IMG/VR virus record: IMGVR_UViG_3300045988_077615
Reading direction: 5' to 3' (one strand)
Source: a virus
Length of the DNA stretch: 31,461 bases
In this document: positions 20,910 through 30,107 of the stretch, piece after piece
Numbering within the stretch: position 1 is the stretch's first letter
Layout of the letters: each line of letters starts with the position of its first letter
Translations under genes and position numbers: made by a program
The notes under the pieces: model-generated
What the model was told of the DNA's origin: nothing
Databases searched by the model: none
What the model saw: the letters and a program-made list of their open reading frames with translations, nothing else

Positions 20910-22090
20910 GCGGTATTGCAGCACTGAAAGTTAAGGCGGCTGAGATTAAAGGGCGCCTGAAGGCCGTTGAAGAGTCCGGTGTTGTCGGTAAAGACACCGA
21001 GTCTCTGGTTGAGGAATACAAGGCCACTGTGGCCAAGATTAAGTCCTTCGAGTCGAATGAAGGCGCGGTTAATGAACTGAAAGGAAATTCTGTGGCAGTT
21101 GAGCGCGAGGCCAAATCTCTGGGCGCCCACTTCGTTAAGCACTTCGGTCCTGAGCTTGCTCGGGTTAAGGGGCGTGACAACTTCTCGGTGAATGGCCCCG
21201 AGTTTAAGGGTGCTGAGGATTGGCACCTGACTTGGGACTCCCTGATCGGTTTCGATACTGATTATGACAAGGCTGCCCACTTCGCTCAGCCTCCGCTGTA
21301 TGTCGGTGACCTGTTTGCTCAGGGTAACACCGACAGTGCTGCTGTGGCCTGGCTCGAGGATAGCGCTGTTGAGGGTGACGCTGGCCCGACTACCCAGGGT
21401 GCGAAGAAAAACAACATTCACTTCATTAACCCGAAGACCAATATTGAGGCGCTGAAGAAGATCACCGGTATCCTGGCGTTCTCTGATGAAATGCTCGAGG
21501 ATCACGCCTGGCTGGCCTCGCACATTAACCAGCGTGGCGTGTACCGTATCGCTGTTGCTGAGGAGAACCAGATTCTGAATGGCTCCGGCCAGAATGGCCA
21601 GCTTCAGGGTGTCCTGACCAAGAGCGGTACCCTGGTCCGTGAGGTTGAGAAGACTGCTACCACTGCTGAGTTTGGTGAGGCGATTCTGGGTGGCGCTATG
21701 GACGTCCTTCAGGAGAGCGGGTTCCCGGCTGACGCTATCGTGATCAACCCCCAGGACTACGCTGCTCAGCGTCTGGCTAAGGACAGTAATGGCCAGTACT
21801 TCGGTGGTGGCGCGTTCACTGGTGCGTACGGCAACGGCCAGGTTCAGATTGTGCCTTCGCTGTGGGGCCTGAACACTGTGATCTCCCCGCGTATCGCTGC
21901 GGGCACTGCTCTGGTCGGTGCGTTCAAGGCTGGCGGTATGCTGGTCCGTAAGGGCGGTGTCAGGATTGAGGCTACGAACTCCCACGCTGATCTGTTCGTG
22001 TCTGACGTGACTGTGGTCCGTATGGAGATCCGTGAGCTGCTGACCGTGACTCAGCCGAAAGCTTTCTGCAAGGTTTCGCGCAAGGCCTAA
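20906..22090 (+). CDS. Major capsid protein (HK97 fold) with N-terminal coiled-coil delta domain
   Basis: 394 aa following the protease. First ~100 aa are coiled-coil/scaffold-like, followed by capsid-like sequence. GTG start overlaps the protease stop. Confidence 0.85.
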   Translation: MSGIAALKVKAAEIKGRLKAVEESGVVGKDTESLVEEYKATVAKIKSFESNEGAVNELKGNSVAVEREAKSLGAHFVKHFGPELARVKGRDNFSVNGPEFKGAEDWHLTWDSLIGFDTDYDKAAHFAQPPLYVGDLFAQGNTDSAAVAWLEDSAVEGDAGPTTQGAKKNNIHFINPKTNIEALKKITGILAFSDEMLEDHAWLASHINQRGVYRIAVAEENQILNGSGQNGQLQGVLTKSGTLVREVEKTATTAEFGEAILGGAMDVLQESGFPADAIVINPQDYAAQRLAKDSNGQYFGGGAFTGAYGNGQVQIVPSLWGLNTVISPRIAAGTALVGAFKAGGMLVRKGGVRIEATNSHADLFVSDVTVVRMEIRELLTVTQPKAFCKVSRKA

Positions 22091-22092
22091 TC

Positions 22093-22623
22093 GTGGATCT
22101 TATTGGGGCTGATACTCTGGAAGCCCTAAGTAAGGGGGTCATCAAAAAGGATGACCCCCTTACCCCTATTCTTATTAGGCAGGCTTCCGGACTTATTAGG
22201 GAATTCTGCGAATGGCATATCTACCCTTTGATCACTGAGACTAAGCGGGTAGATCACAAGGGCGGACACTTTATTAAGCTGCCCACACTGATGCTTCAGG
22301 ATGAGCCTACGATCGAGTATCTCGGTCATGAGCGTGTGGTCCAGGAATGGTCTGAAGCTGGTATGTGTAGGCTGAGTGATCCACTGCCTGCTGCTATGGG
22401 GGCTATTCAGGCTACGCTGACTCATGGTTATAGTGAGCTGCCCGCCACGGTCGAGGTTGTTATGGCGTCGATTATTGTGGCGTCTGTGACTTCTCCGGTC
22501 GGTGTTAATCAAGCTGCCGTTGGCTCAGTATCGAGTACGTTTGAAGTTCCTGGTGGGGGTATCCGATTGAGCGCTTATGCTAAGCGGGCACTCGATGGAT
22601 TTAGGTTGGTGTATCGTCCTTGA
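22093..22623 (+). CDS. Head-tail connector/adaptor protein
   Basis: Called from position after the capsid gene and from size. gp6-like N-terminus. Confidence 0.5.
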   Translation: MDLIGADTLEALSKGVIKKDDPLTPILIRQASGLIREFCEWHIYPLITETKRVDHKGGHFIKLPTLMLQDEPTIEYLGHERVVQEWSEAGMCRLSDPLPAAMGAIQATLTHGYSELPATVEVVMASIIVASVTSPVGVNQAAVGSVSSTFEVPGGGIRLSAYAKRALDGFRLVYRP

Positions 22624-23000
22624 GCTTTCCCTTTCTAACTAATGGTTATATCTGGGTGGCTCGACTTCAGGACAAGTACGATGACCGGGGTAATTTGATT
22701 CAAGATCAGGTTGCTAAGGAATTCACTATCCAGGGCTGCTCTATTCAGCAGCCTAGTGCGGCTGAGCTGTCTGGTGATAGGCAGGGTGACGGTCAGTGGA
22801 CGTACACGGTGTACGCACCACTGACTGCATCCGTACAGGCTAAAGATCTGGTCATCCTCAGCTGGGACCACAAAGGTACGCCGGGAGAATGGTTCAACAA
22901 GACCACACCTGTGTACAGAGTGTCAGGCGTTCCCGGTGTGTGGTCTTATGATTACCTCGGCCTTAGTCACCAGGTGATTAAGCTTGTGGCGGTGGACTGA
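22620..23000 (+). CDS. Head closure / head-tail joining protein
   Basis: Called from position and size only. Start overlaps the upstream stop. Confidence 0.4.
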   Translation: MSFPFLTNGYIWVARLQDKYDDRGNLIQDQVAKEFTIQGCSIQQPSAAELSGDRQGDGQWTYTVYAPLTASVQAKDLVILSWDHKGTPGEWFNKTTPVYRVSGVPGVWSYDYLGLSHQVIKLVAVD

Positions 23001-23266
23001 TGCTTGAGCGACTTGAATTCCATGATGAGGGATTCCAGGAAATGCTTAAGTCATCTGAGGTTGCTTCAGTTCTAAACGATATGGCCCAGAAGATATGTGA
23101 TCAGGCTAATGACAATGCTGGCCGTGACGATGCTTTTGAGTGGTCGGGCTATGTGGGTCAGACTCGAGCTAGGGCTACGGTGAGGCCGGCTAGCTTTTAT
23201 GGGGCTAAGTCTGAGGCTGACGACAAGACGTTGACTAGCGCGTTTGGGAGTTATACTCATGGGTAA
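23000..23266 (+). CDS. Neck/tail-completion protein (HK97 gp10-like position)
   Basis: Called from position and size only. ATGA-type start/stop overlap. Confidence 0.35.
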   Translation: MLERLEFHDEGFQEMLKSSEVASVLNDMAQKICDQANDNAGRDDAFEWSGYVGQTRARATVRPASFYGAKSEADDKTLTSAFGSYTHG

Positions 23267-23678
23267 TTATGTTGCTGAGTTCCCTGATGCCGAGGCTGCC
23301 TGCATTATGGGCTTGAGGGCGCACCTACAGGGAGTCCCTGTAAGGCAGCAAGCAGACAAGCTAGGAACTCGACAGTGTGTGGTCAAGCTGACTAGCTCTG
23401 GTACTCGCCTTGATCCTCGCAGAGTGAGGGTCCAGCTTACTGTCACATGCTGGGGTAAGGACAACACTGATAGCACAGAAGCCTTTAACTTGGCGGCTAA
23501 ATGCCTTAATTGGGTTGAAGAGAGGCCCTATTATGGGCATATGGGTAAATACCCTTGTCATAAAGTCGATATTGTTTCTTACCCTTATTATGACCCTGAT
23601 AGCAGCCAGTCATCTGGCGGTTCAGGGATCGCTCGATATTCTTTTACGTTCCGTATGATTCTAGCAGGAGTGAACTAA
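23259..23678 (+). CDS. Tail terminator-like protein
   Basis: Position immediately before the major tail protein. Start set at the ATG at 23259 (SD GGGAG 8 nt upstream). Confidence 0.4.
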   Translation: MGNYVAEFPDAEAACIMGLRAHLQGVPVRQQADKLGTRQCVVKLTSSGTRLDPRRVRVQLTVTCWGKDNTDSTEAFNLAAKCLNWVEERPYYGHMGKYPCHKVDIVSYPYYDPDSSQSSGGSGIARYSFTFRMILAGVN

Positions 23679-24269
23679 ATGGCTGTAAATAACCGTAATG
23701 TGCTGGCAGGCCGTCCGGATCAGGCAGTGACTGGAGCTATCCTCTCCACTACTACTCTGGTGACTACGCTGCCTACTGATCTGTACAATCTTGATCTGGG
23801 TGCGCTTAAGCTGACTGACTCGGGGTATGTCAGTGACGCTGGCCTGACCCTGTCAGTTAAGCGTTCAACTAACGACATCAAAGACTGGTCTCAGTCTGTG
23901 GTTAAGAAGATCCTGAGTGAGTTCTCGGGTTCTATTAAGTGGTCTCACCTTGAGGTTTCTGAGGGCTCGGCGAAGAACTTCTTCGGTGAGAACAATGTCA
24001 CTGTTACCCCGAAGACGACTTCGCAGGGTACTCGCCTGTTGATGAAGCTTCGCGCTGATGAGCTGCCCCACAAGACCTGGTGCTTCCGCATGAAGGATGG
24101 CGACGCTAAGATCATCATCTGGGTGCCTGATGGCCAGATCACTGAGGCTGACGACATCACGTTCGCTGCTAGTGACGCGATTAAGCTGCCTGTGACCCTG
24201 ACTTGCTACCCGGATGCTCAGGGTAACTCGCTGTACATCGCCACCGATGATGGGGTGATCGGAGCGTGA
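23679..24269 (+). CDS. Major tail protein
   Basis: 196 aa, directly upstream of the chaperone pair and the tape measure. Confidence 0.7.
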   Translation: MAVNNRNVLAGRPDQAVTGAILSTTTLVTTLPTDLYNLDLGALKLTDSGYVSDAGLTLSVKRSTNDIKDWSQSVVKKILSEFSGSIKWSHLEVSEGSAKNFFGENNVTVTPKTTSQGTRLLMKLRADELPHKTWCFRMKDGDAKIIIWVPDGQITEADDITFAASDAIKLPVTLTCYPDAQGNSLYIATDDGVIGA

Positions 24270-24595
24270 GCAAGGTCTTTCAGCTTGACGGCCCCAAGGC
24301 TACGGACAATTTCAAGTTCCGTATGCCGGGGTCTAAAGTTACTCATGAGTTGCCGTCTCTTCAGAAGCTGCCTGTGGGTATACGTAAGCGTATGGGTGAT
24401 CTAGCCGGGGCTATTCAGGCTCAGCAGGAGCGGGGTAAGAAACCAACCCAGAAGCAGACTTCTGATCTGCTTGACTTCCAGCTAGATCTGCTTGAGCATT
24501 ACGTGCCGGGTATTACGGATAAGCTCGACGACGATATGTTTATGGCGCTTATGGAGGCGTGGAAAGAGCACTCTGAAATCAGCATGGGGGAATAA
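24266..24595 (+). CDS. Tail assembly chaperone (G-like)
   Basis: 109 aa, located between the major tail protein and the tape measure. Ends at the slippery G-run. Confidence 0.7.
   Translation: MSKVFQLDGPKATDNFKFRMPGSKVTHELPSLQKLPVGIRKRMGDLAGAIQAQQERGKKPTQKQTSDLLDFQLDLLEHYVPGITDKLDDDMFMALMEAWKEHSEISMGE
24586..24592 (+). promoter_or_regulatory. Candidate -1 programmed frameshift site GGGGGAA
   Basis: A run of five G plus AA immediately before the G-ORF stop (24593-24595). The -1 frame is open from 24577 through 24960. Confidence 0.5.
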
Positions 24596-24603
24596 TAGGG
24601 CTA

Positions 24604-24960
24604 GTGGGGGTGTGGCATAATCACCCACTAGCCCTAGAGCGTGAGCTCATTGGGCTAGGTTTGAGGTCCCGTCAGGTAGGCACAGAGGAGCTTACCTGGC
24701 GGGATCTTCAGGCTATAGTCAGCCATGCTGAGCCAGGAGGGCCGCTGGCTAAGGATCTAGGCTATGTGTGGACCACAGACGGCTATATGCTAGCTAACAT
24801 CTATGACGTCCTTGCTGGAGCTAACTGGCAGCGTGCTGGAAAGTCCAGTGAGCCTCCACCTAAACCCATTAGACGGCCAAATGAGATTAGGGATGATGAG
24901 CGTGCTTTCGGGTATGACCCCATCCCTCTAAGTGAATTCAATGATTGGTGGGATGCCTAA
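24604..24960 (+). CDS. Tail assembly chaperone T-part (expressed as a G-T fusion by -1 frameshift)
   Basis: Its frame is -1 relative to the G ORF and overlaps it by 19 nt of open frame. No SD of its own. This is the canonical arrangement before a tape measure gene. Confidence 0.6.
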   Translation: MGVWHNHPLALERELIGLGLRSRQVGTEELTWRDLQAIVSHAEPGGPLAKDLGYVWTTDGYMLANIYDVLAGANWQRAGKSSEPPPKPIRRPNEIRDDERAFGYDPIPLSEFNDWWDA

Positions 24961-27314
24961 TGGCTTCAGTTGAGCTAGCTACAGGTTATTACCAACTAGT
25001 GCCCTCCATGAAGGGTAACAAGGAAGCTATTGTTGGAGAAATCACTGGTGCTGTAAACGAGGGGTCCGATAAGGCTGGCAAAGAAGGTGGAGCTAGGTTA
25101 TCTACTAGGCTAGCCGAGGGGCTGAAAGGTAGCTCCCTTGCGGCCCTCGGTGCAGGTGTGGCCGCGGGTATTGGCGCTGCCCTCTACAAAGTTGGCGAGA
25201 CTTTCGATGAAGTTACTGATACTATCCGTACAGGTACAGGCGCCACAGGCGAGGCTCTCGATGGACTAGTCGATGTCGCCAAGCGCGTGGGCTCTACCAC
25301 ACCAGCTGAGTTCTCCAAGATTGCCCCAGTTGTTGCTGATCTGAATACCAGGCTAGGTCTGACTGGCGAGGACCTCGAGACTGTGGCTAAGCAGGTTCTT
25401 GAGGCTGGCCGGTTGCTGGGTCAGGATGTCGATATCAGCAAGACCACAGCAGCGTTTAGTGCTTTTGGCCTTGAGGCTAAGCAGATTCCTGGAGCTATGG
25501 ATGATCTGTTCCGGGTCAGCCAGGCTACTGGCTTAGGTTTCAATGATCTGGCCCAGAAAACCGCTCAGGCCGCGCCTACAATGAAGGCTCTTGGATTCGG
25601 GTTCCAAGACACAGCAGCAATGATCGGTGCCTTCGATAAGGCGGGGCTTAATTCAAGCCAGATTATGACCTCTATGACTAAGGGTCTCACTACTCTGGCT
25701 AAGTCCGGTGAGGAGCCCAAGGAAGCCTTCAAGCGAGTTACTGGGGAGATTGGTGGCTTTATCCAGTCGGGTAATGAAGCTGCTGCTCTTAAACTTGCTA
25801 GTAAGTTGTTTGGTACTAAGGGTGCTACTCAGTTTGTGGAGGCACTAAAGCAGGGCAAAATTGGCGCTGAGGACATGATGAAGTCCATCGGCGCTACTGA
25901 TGACACTATTCTTGGTGTGGCCGGTGAGACATCCGACTTCGCTGAGAAGTGGCAGATAGTTCAGAACAATGCTCAACTTGCCTTGGAGCCGCTTGGCTCT
26001 GCTGTGTTTAGTACCCTGGCTGATGTCTTGTCGGCTATGGCTCCCACTCTCCAGGATATAGGTAACTGGCTGAAAGAGAACACGTGGGCGTTCGGAGCTC
26101 TGGGTGCAGCTATTGCTGGTATCCTGATTCCTGCCTTCGTTACGTGGGTAGCAGGTATCTGGGCGTCTACGGCAGCTCTTCTTGCCAGCCCTATCACGTG
26201 GATTGTGGTTGGTATAGCTGCGCTGGCTGCGGGACTGGTACTACTGATTGCTAACTGGCAGGCTGTATCTGACTTCATCGGTGGTGTGTGGAACGCTACT
26301 GTGGAAGGCGCTAAGGGCCTCTGGGAAGACTTCGTCAGAGGACTGACGGAGTTCGCTACGGGTATTGGCCAGTGGTTTATGGAAGGTCTGGCTGGAGCTG
26401 GGCAGCAGATTGCTGAGTTCTTCGCTGGCCTACCTCAGATGATCCTGGATGGCCTTGCTGCACTGGGAGAGGTTACCCTCATGATTGTGGGCTTCTCTAT
26501 AGGTATCTTCGCTGGCCTGATTGTGGGTTTCGTCCAATTCCTGGGGTACATCCCAGGCTGGCTGGCGTCTGTGGGTGAGTGGCTGATGTCGCTTCCCGGC
26601 AAGGTACTTGAATGGCTCGCTGGTCTTGGTCAGCTTGCTGGTAAGGCGGCTGAGTGGTTCGGTGGTTTCTTCCAGAGCATGGTCCGCAAGGGTGGCGAGA
26701 TTATTGAGTGGGTTAAGCAACTGCCTGGCAAGATCATTGGTGGTATAGCGTCACTGGCGTCGAGCCTTCCGCAGAAAGCTTCTGAGGCGTGGAACGGATT
26801 CCTCCGTAAGGCTCAGGAGCTCGGCGGCCAGGTTGCTGAATTCGCTCGCTCGCTGCCAGGCAAGATCACTGGAGCTCTTGGTGATCTAGGCAGCCTTCTG
26901 GTCCGGTCTGGTGGTGCTCTTGTGGATGGCTTCTTGCGGGGTATCCAAGGAGCGTGGAACTCGCTTGTGGGCTGGGTTAAGCAGGGCATGGACTGGTTGC
27001 GTGGTCTGTGGCCTTTCTCCCCGGCTAAGTGGGGGCCTTTCTCGGGTAAGGGCTACGTGACTCATTCTGGTAAAGCGATTATTCGAGACTTCGCTGATAG
27101 CCTTAAGAATGAGCAGCCTTATCTGCTTGATTCTGCTAAGAGCGTTATGGGTGACTTCCAGTCGAATTTCCAGCCTAATCTGAATGGAGTTCAACCTGCT
27201 TATGCTGGAGCTAATGCTGGAGGTAATACCAGTAGGGTCAATGTCAATGCATACAGCAGTGACCCTTACGCTACTGCTGAGGAAGTTGCTCGGCAGCTGA
27301 GGAGATTGATGTGA
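24960..27314 (+). CDS. Tape measure protein
   Basis: 784 aa, Ala/Gly/Leu-rich with a central hydrophobic segment. Position fits. ATG at 24960 overlaps the upstream TAA. Confidence 0.85.
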   Translation: MASVELATGYYQLVPSMKGNKEAIVGEITGAVNEGSDKAGKEGGARLSTRLAEGLKGSSLAALGAGVAAGIGAALYKVGETFDEVTDTIRTGTGATGEALDGLVDVAKRVGSTTPAEFSKIAPVVADLNTRLGLTGEDLETVAKQVLEAGRLLGQDVDISKTTAAFSAFGLEAKQIPGAMDDLFRVSQATGLGFNDLAQKTAQAAPTMKALGFGFQDTAAMIGAFDKAGLNSSQIMTSMTKGLTTLAKSGEEPKEAFKRVTGEIGGFIQSGNEAAALKLASKLFGTKGATQFVEALKQGKIGAEDMMKSIGATDDTILGVAGETSDFAEKWQIVQNNAQLALEPLGSAVFSTLADVLSAMAPTLQDIGNWLKENTWAFGALGAAIAGILIPAFVTWVAGIWASTAALLASPITWIVVGIAALAAGLVLLIANWQAVSDFIGGVWNATVEGAKGLWEDFVRGLTEFATGIGQWFMEGLAGAGQQIAEFFAGLPQMILDGLAALGEVTLMIVGFSIGIFAGLIVGFVQFLGYIPGWLASVGEWLMSLPGKVLEWLAGLGQLAGKAAEWFGGFFQSMVRKGGEIIEWVKQLPGKIIGGIASLASSLPQKASEAWNGFLRKAQELGGQVAEFARSLPGKITGALGDLGSLLVRSGGALVDGFLRGIQGAWNSLVGWVKQGMDWLRGLWPFSPAKWGPFSGKGYVTHSGKAIIRDFADSLKNEQPYLLDSAKSVMGDFQSNFQPNLNGVQPAYAGANAGGNTSRVNVNAYSSDPYATAEEVARQLRRLM

Positions 27315-28153
27315 AAGAAGTCACGTGGAATGGCCACGTGATTAATGGCGGGGACTGGGTTGTTAGTGAGTGTAAGCTCTTCGGCTCAGCCCCTGCCGTT
27401 GCACAGAGTGGCCAGCGTGTGGGCTATGACGGTATATGGCGTACTAAGGCCTACCATGGTGCTAAGTCCGGTGCTATCAAGGGGTATTATGTAGGGCAGT
27501 CTCTTGAGGATGCCGAGGAGGCCCTGGAGACTCTCCTGAGTATCGCGGATATTAATACCTCACCACTGACTGTTAACACACCGCGCGGACCGAAGACTAT
27601 GTATGTGGCCCGGGACAGTGCACTCGATATAACGTTCCTGGCTAATGGGTCAGCGTTTGAGTGGGGTGCTACTCTGATAGCTCCTGACCCTGTGTGGTGG
27701 CGTGGAGGTCAGACTCCTGATGGTCAGATTGATGATCAGTACACGGCTAAGCATAGGCTGTATCTACCCAACCTTACGGGCGGTATTAAGTTCCCGATCA
27801 AGTATCCTATCTCTTTCTTGGAGACAGGTAACTACGGTTCGGTTACGGTAAGCTCGGGCTACCATAACAGGGTTAGCCTTAAGCTTTATGGCTACGTTCA
27901 GATACCGTCTGTGATCTTTTCTGGTCCTGGGGGTGCTGGACGCTTGCGGTGGGACTTTACTCTACAGGCTGATGAGTGGCTAGACATTGATTTGACTAAC
28001 CGCACGTCTCTTCGTCAAGGCCAGTCAGCCGCTGCCCCTACTATCAGGGAATGGCCTGAGCTAGGCAGGGGTGAATTGACTATCGGATTCCGTTCTGACG
28101 TGTATTCCCCTACTGCTTATCTTGATGTAATTGTAAGACAGGTGACTATATAA
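27311..28153 (+). CDS. Distal tail protein (Dit-like)
   Basis: 280 aa, immediately after the tape measure. Confidence 0.6.
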   Translation: MKEVTWNGHVINGGDWVVSECKLFGSAPAVAQSGQRVGYDGIWRTKAYHGAKSGAIKGYYVGQSLEDAEEALETLLSIADINTSPLTVNTPRGPKTMYVARDSALDITFLANGSAFEWGATLIAPDPVWWRGGQTPDGQIDDQYTAKHRLYLPNLTGGIKFPIKYPISFLETGNYGSVTVSSGYHNRVSLKLYGYVQIPSVIFSGPGGAGRLRWDFTLQADEWLDIDLTNRTSLRQGQSAAAPTIREWPELGRGELTIGFRSDVYSPTAYLDVIVRQVTI

Positions 28154-29043
28154 TGGCTCTTGATAATGTGCTACCTATTGGTGGCAATATTTCAGTGAAT
28201 GCCGCGGAATTCCGTAGGCTCGATGTGGGCTCTACTATGGTCCACGATACCCACCCTCTGGCGTGTCGGCCAGGCGTGACGTCGGGGATGACTCCTAGCC
28301 TTAATGGTAGCCAGATTAGGGTCAGTTCTGGTACGGCTATTGTGACGCCTGTGGCCTCGAATAATGGTAGCTACCGTGTGGCTAACGTCGATGACGTTAG
28401 CTTGCCGCTGTACGCTAAGGATACGTCGTACCCGCGTACTGATATTCTGGTGCTGAAAGTGTATGACGGTACTGTGGACGGCTCTAACCAGTACAAGGCC
28501 GCGTTTGAAATGATTAAGGGCGTGGCCTCCGCCAGTTTCCCCACACCTGCTACGCCAGCAGGCGCACTGCTGATTGCACGTGTGATCGTGTCGACTACTG
28601 GCAGCCCTACTATCTACGATACTAGGCAGTACACGTGCGCTGTTGGCGGGACTATCCCGTGCTATTCGAATAGCAGGCCCACAACGTGGTTCCTTCAGAA
28701 GGGCCAGCGCATCTACGAGCTGGACACAAACAAGGTCATGCTGTGGACTGGCAGTTCGTGGCGTGAGGATACGGTGATTCCTCAGGTGACCTTGCCACGT
28801 ATCCCTGCTATTGCGTCGGGTACGGTGACTGCTAGCTCTGCTGGGCCTGCTGTGTTCACTATTCAGTTCCCGCCTGGACGTTTCTCGAGCGCCCCTCGTG
28901 TTGTGGCCTCGGTTAGGTCAGCGTCAGGTGACTTCACGTGGGACACACCTAAGCCCTATAACGTCACTGCGACACAATTTCAGATGTTCGTTAAGAATGG
29001 TCGGGGTTGTGACTTCGACTGGATAGCGATCGAGAACGGCTAA
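28153..29043 (+). CDS. Minor tail protein
   Basis: Called from position only. Beta-rich and Thr/Ser/Val-rich. Confidence 0.5.
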   Translation: MALDNVLPIGGNISVNAAEFRRLDVGSTMVHDTHPLACRPGVTSGMTPSLNGSQIRVSSGTAIVTPVASNNGSYRVANVDDVSLPLYAKDTSYPRTDILVLKVYDGTVDGSNQYKAAFEMIKGVASASFPTPATPAGALLIARVIVSTTGSPTIYDTRQYTCAVGGTIPCYSNSRPTTWFLQKGQRIYELDTNKVMLWTGSSWREDTVIPQVTLPRIPAIASGTVTASSAGPAVFTIQFPPGRFSSAPRVVASVRSASGDFTWDTPKPYNVTATQFQMFVKNGRGCDFDWIAIENG

Positions 29044-30107
29044 TGATCACGTGGCATTCATTTGCCGCTCTTGACGGCAGGCCTCTTACTGAACTGCCAG
29101 GGCTGTCAGTGAAGTCTAGTCTGTCATCCATCATTGGGCGGGGAGACTCCGTGACTGTGAGTCTCCCCGTCTGTGATAGGTGGCCTGCTAACTGGATGGA
29201 TGGCACTCAACCTATGCGTGCTGTCCTGGCAGCTATCGATGACGGCCTTGTGCTGTGGGCTGGCTGGGTAGAGAAGCGCACATACGGGTCAGGTGAGTCC
29301 ATGGAGCTGACTCTACAGCCTGCCGAAGAGTGGCTTAAGAGGAATTATATCCCTGAGATCGTTTTCAGGGATCAGCGATACACGACTATTGCTCGAGGAA
29401 TAGGTCTAGACCGTCTGGTAGCTCAGTTTAATGGGCGTCTGGATGAGGATCCTACCCTTGATTGGGGTGACAGGACGTACCGTGCTGACCAGGATATGAC
29501 GTGCTTGGCCGGTCTCCAGAATTTGATGAAGACTAAGCATGGTGCAGAGTTCGCTACTAGCTGGGAACTACATGCTAATGGCCACCTCGGTATTGTGGTC
29601 CACACAGCATACAGGCTTGGCGGTGTAGGCAAGGACACTGCTGGTGCTGCTGTGCTGTCTCAAGGGTCCTGGCAGCAGGTTGAGGACTGCTCTGACGGTA
29701 AAGGAGCCACCATTTGGCGTGTGGTCTCCAATAGATCTGGGGATGAGCGCAAGGAATTCGCTACATCTAATGGTCAGGTCCTTCAGTATGGGTGGCTTGA
29801 GCTCGAGAGACGGTGGACTCCTGACACTGGGTCAGTTGCTGACGCTGTGCTACAGCAATATATGTACGCGGCTAAGGAGAGCCAGCAGTACGGATTGACG
29901 TCTATCAGTGTGGAGACTACATTGGACCACTTCATGCCAGGCCGTGACTTCGTTTTAGGCGACTATGTGGACATTGATATGACTAATCTTAGTAACCCCG
30001 AGCTGCAATTCAAAGGTAAAGCTAGGGTTATCGGGTGGGTATGTGACCCTGACCCTGTATCTGGTGAGATCACTAAGATCAAGCCCATGCTTTCATTGGA
30101 GGATTGA
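29043..30107 (+). CDS. Minor tail protein (Tal/baseplate-hub-like)
   Basis: Called from position and size (354 aa) only. Confidence 0.45.
   Translation: MITWHSFAALDGRPLTELPGLSVKSSLSSIIGRGDSVTVSLPVCDRWPANWMDGTQPMRAVLAAIDDGLVLWAGWVEKRTYGSGESMELTLQPAEEWLKRNYIPEIVFRDQRYTTIARGIGLDRLVAQFNGRLDEDPTLDWGDRTYRADQDMTCLAGLQNLMKTKHGAEFATSWELHANGHLGIVVHTAYRLGGVGKDTAGAAVLSQGSWQQVEDCSDGKGATIWRVVSNRSGDERKEFATSNGQVLQYGWLELERRWTPDTGSVADAVLQQYMYAAKESQQYGLTSISVETTLDHFMPGRDFVLGDYVDIDMTNLSNPELQFKGKARVIGWVCDPDPVSGEITKIKPMLSLED

Noticed and set aside
20864-21985. 373-aa ORF on the - strand
   Set aside because: It is entirely antisense to the well-supported major capsid gene. The translation is Ser/Leu/Thr/Arg-rich and low in complexity, typical of a shadow ORF. 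It has no promoter or SD and breaks the unidirectional late operon.
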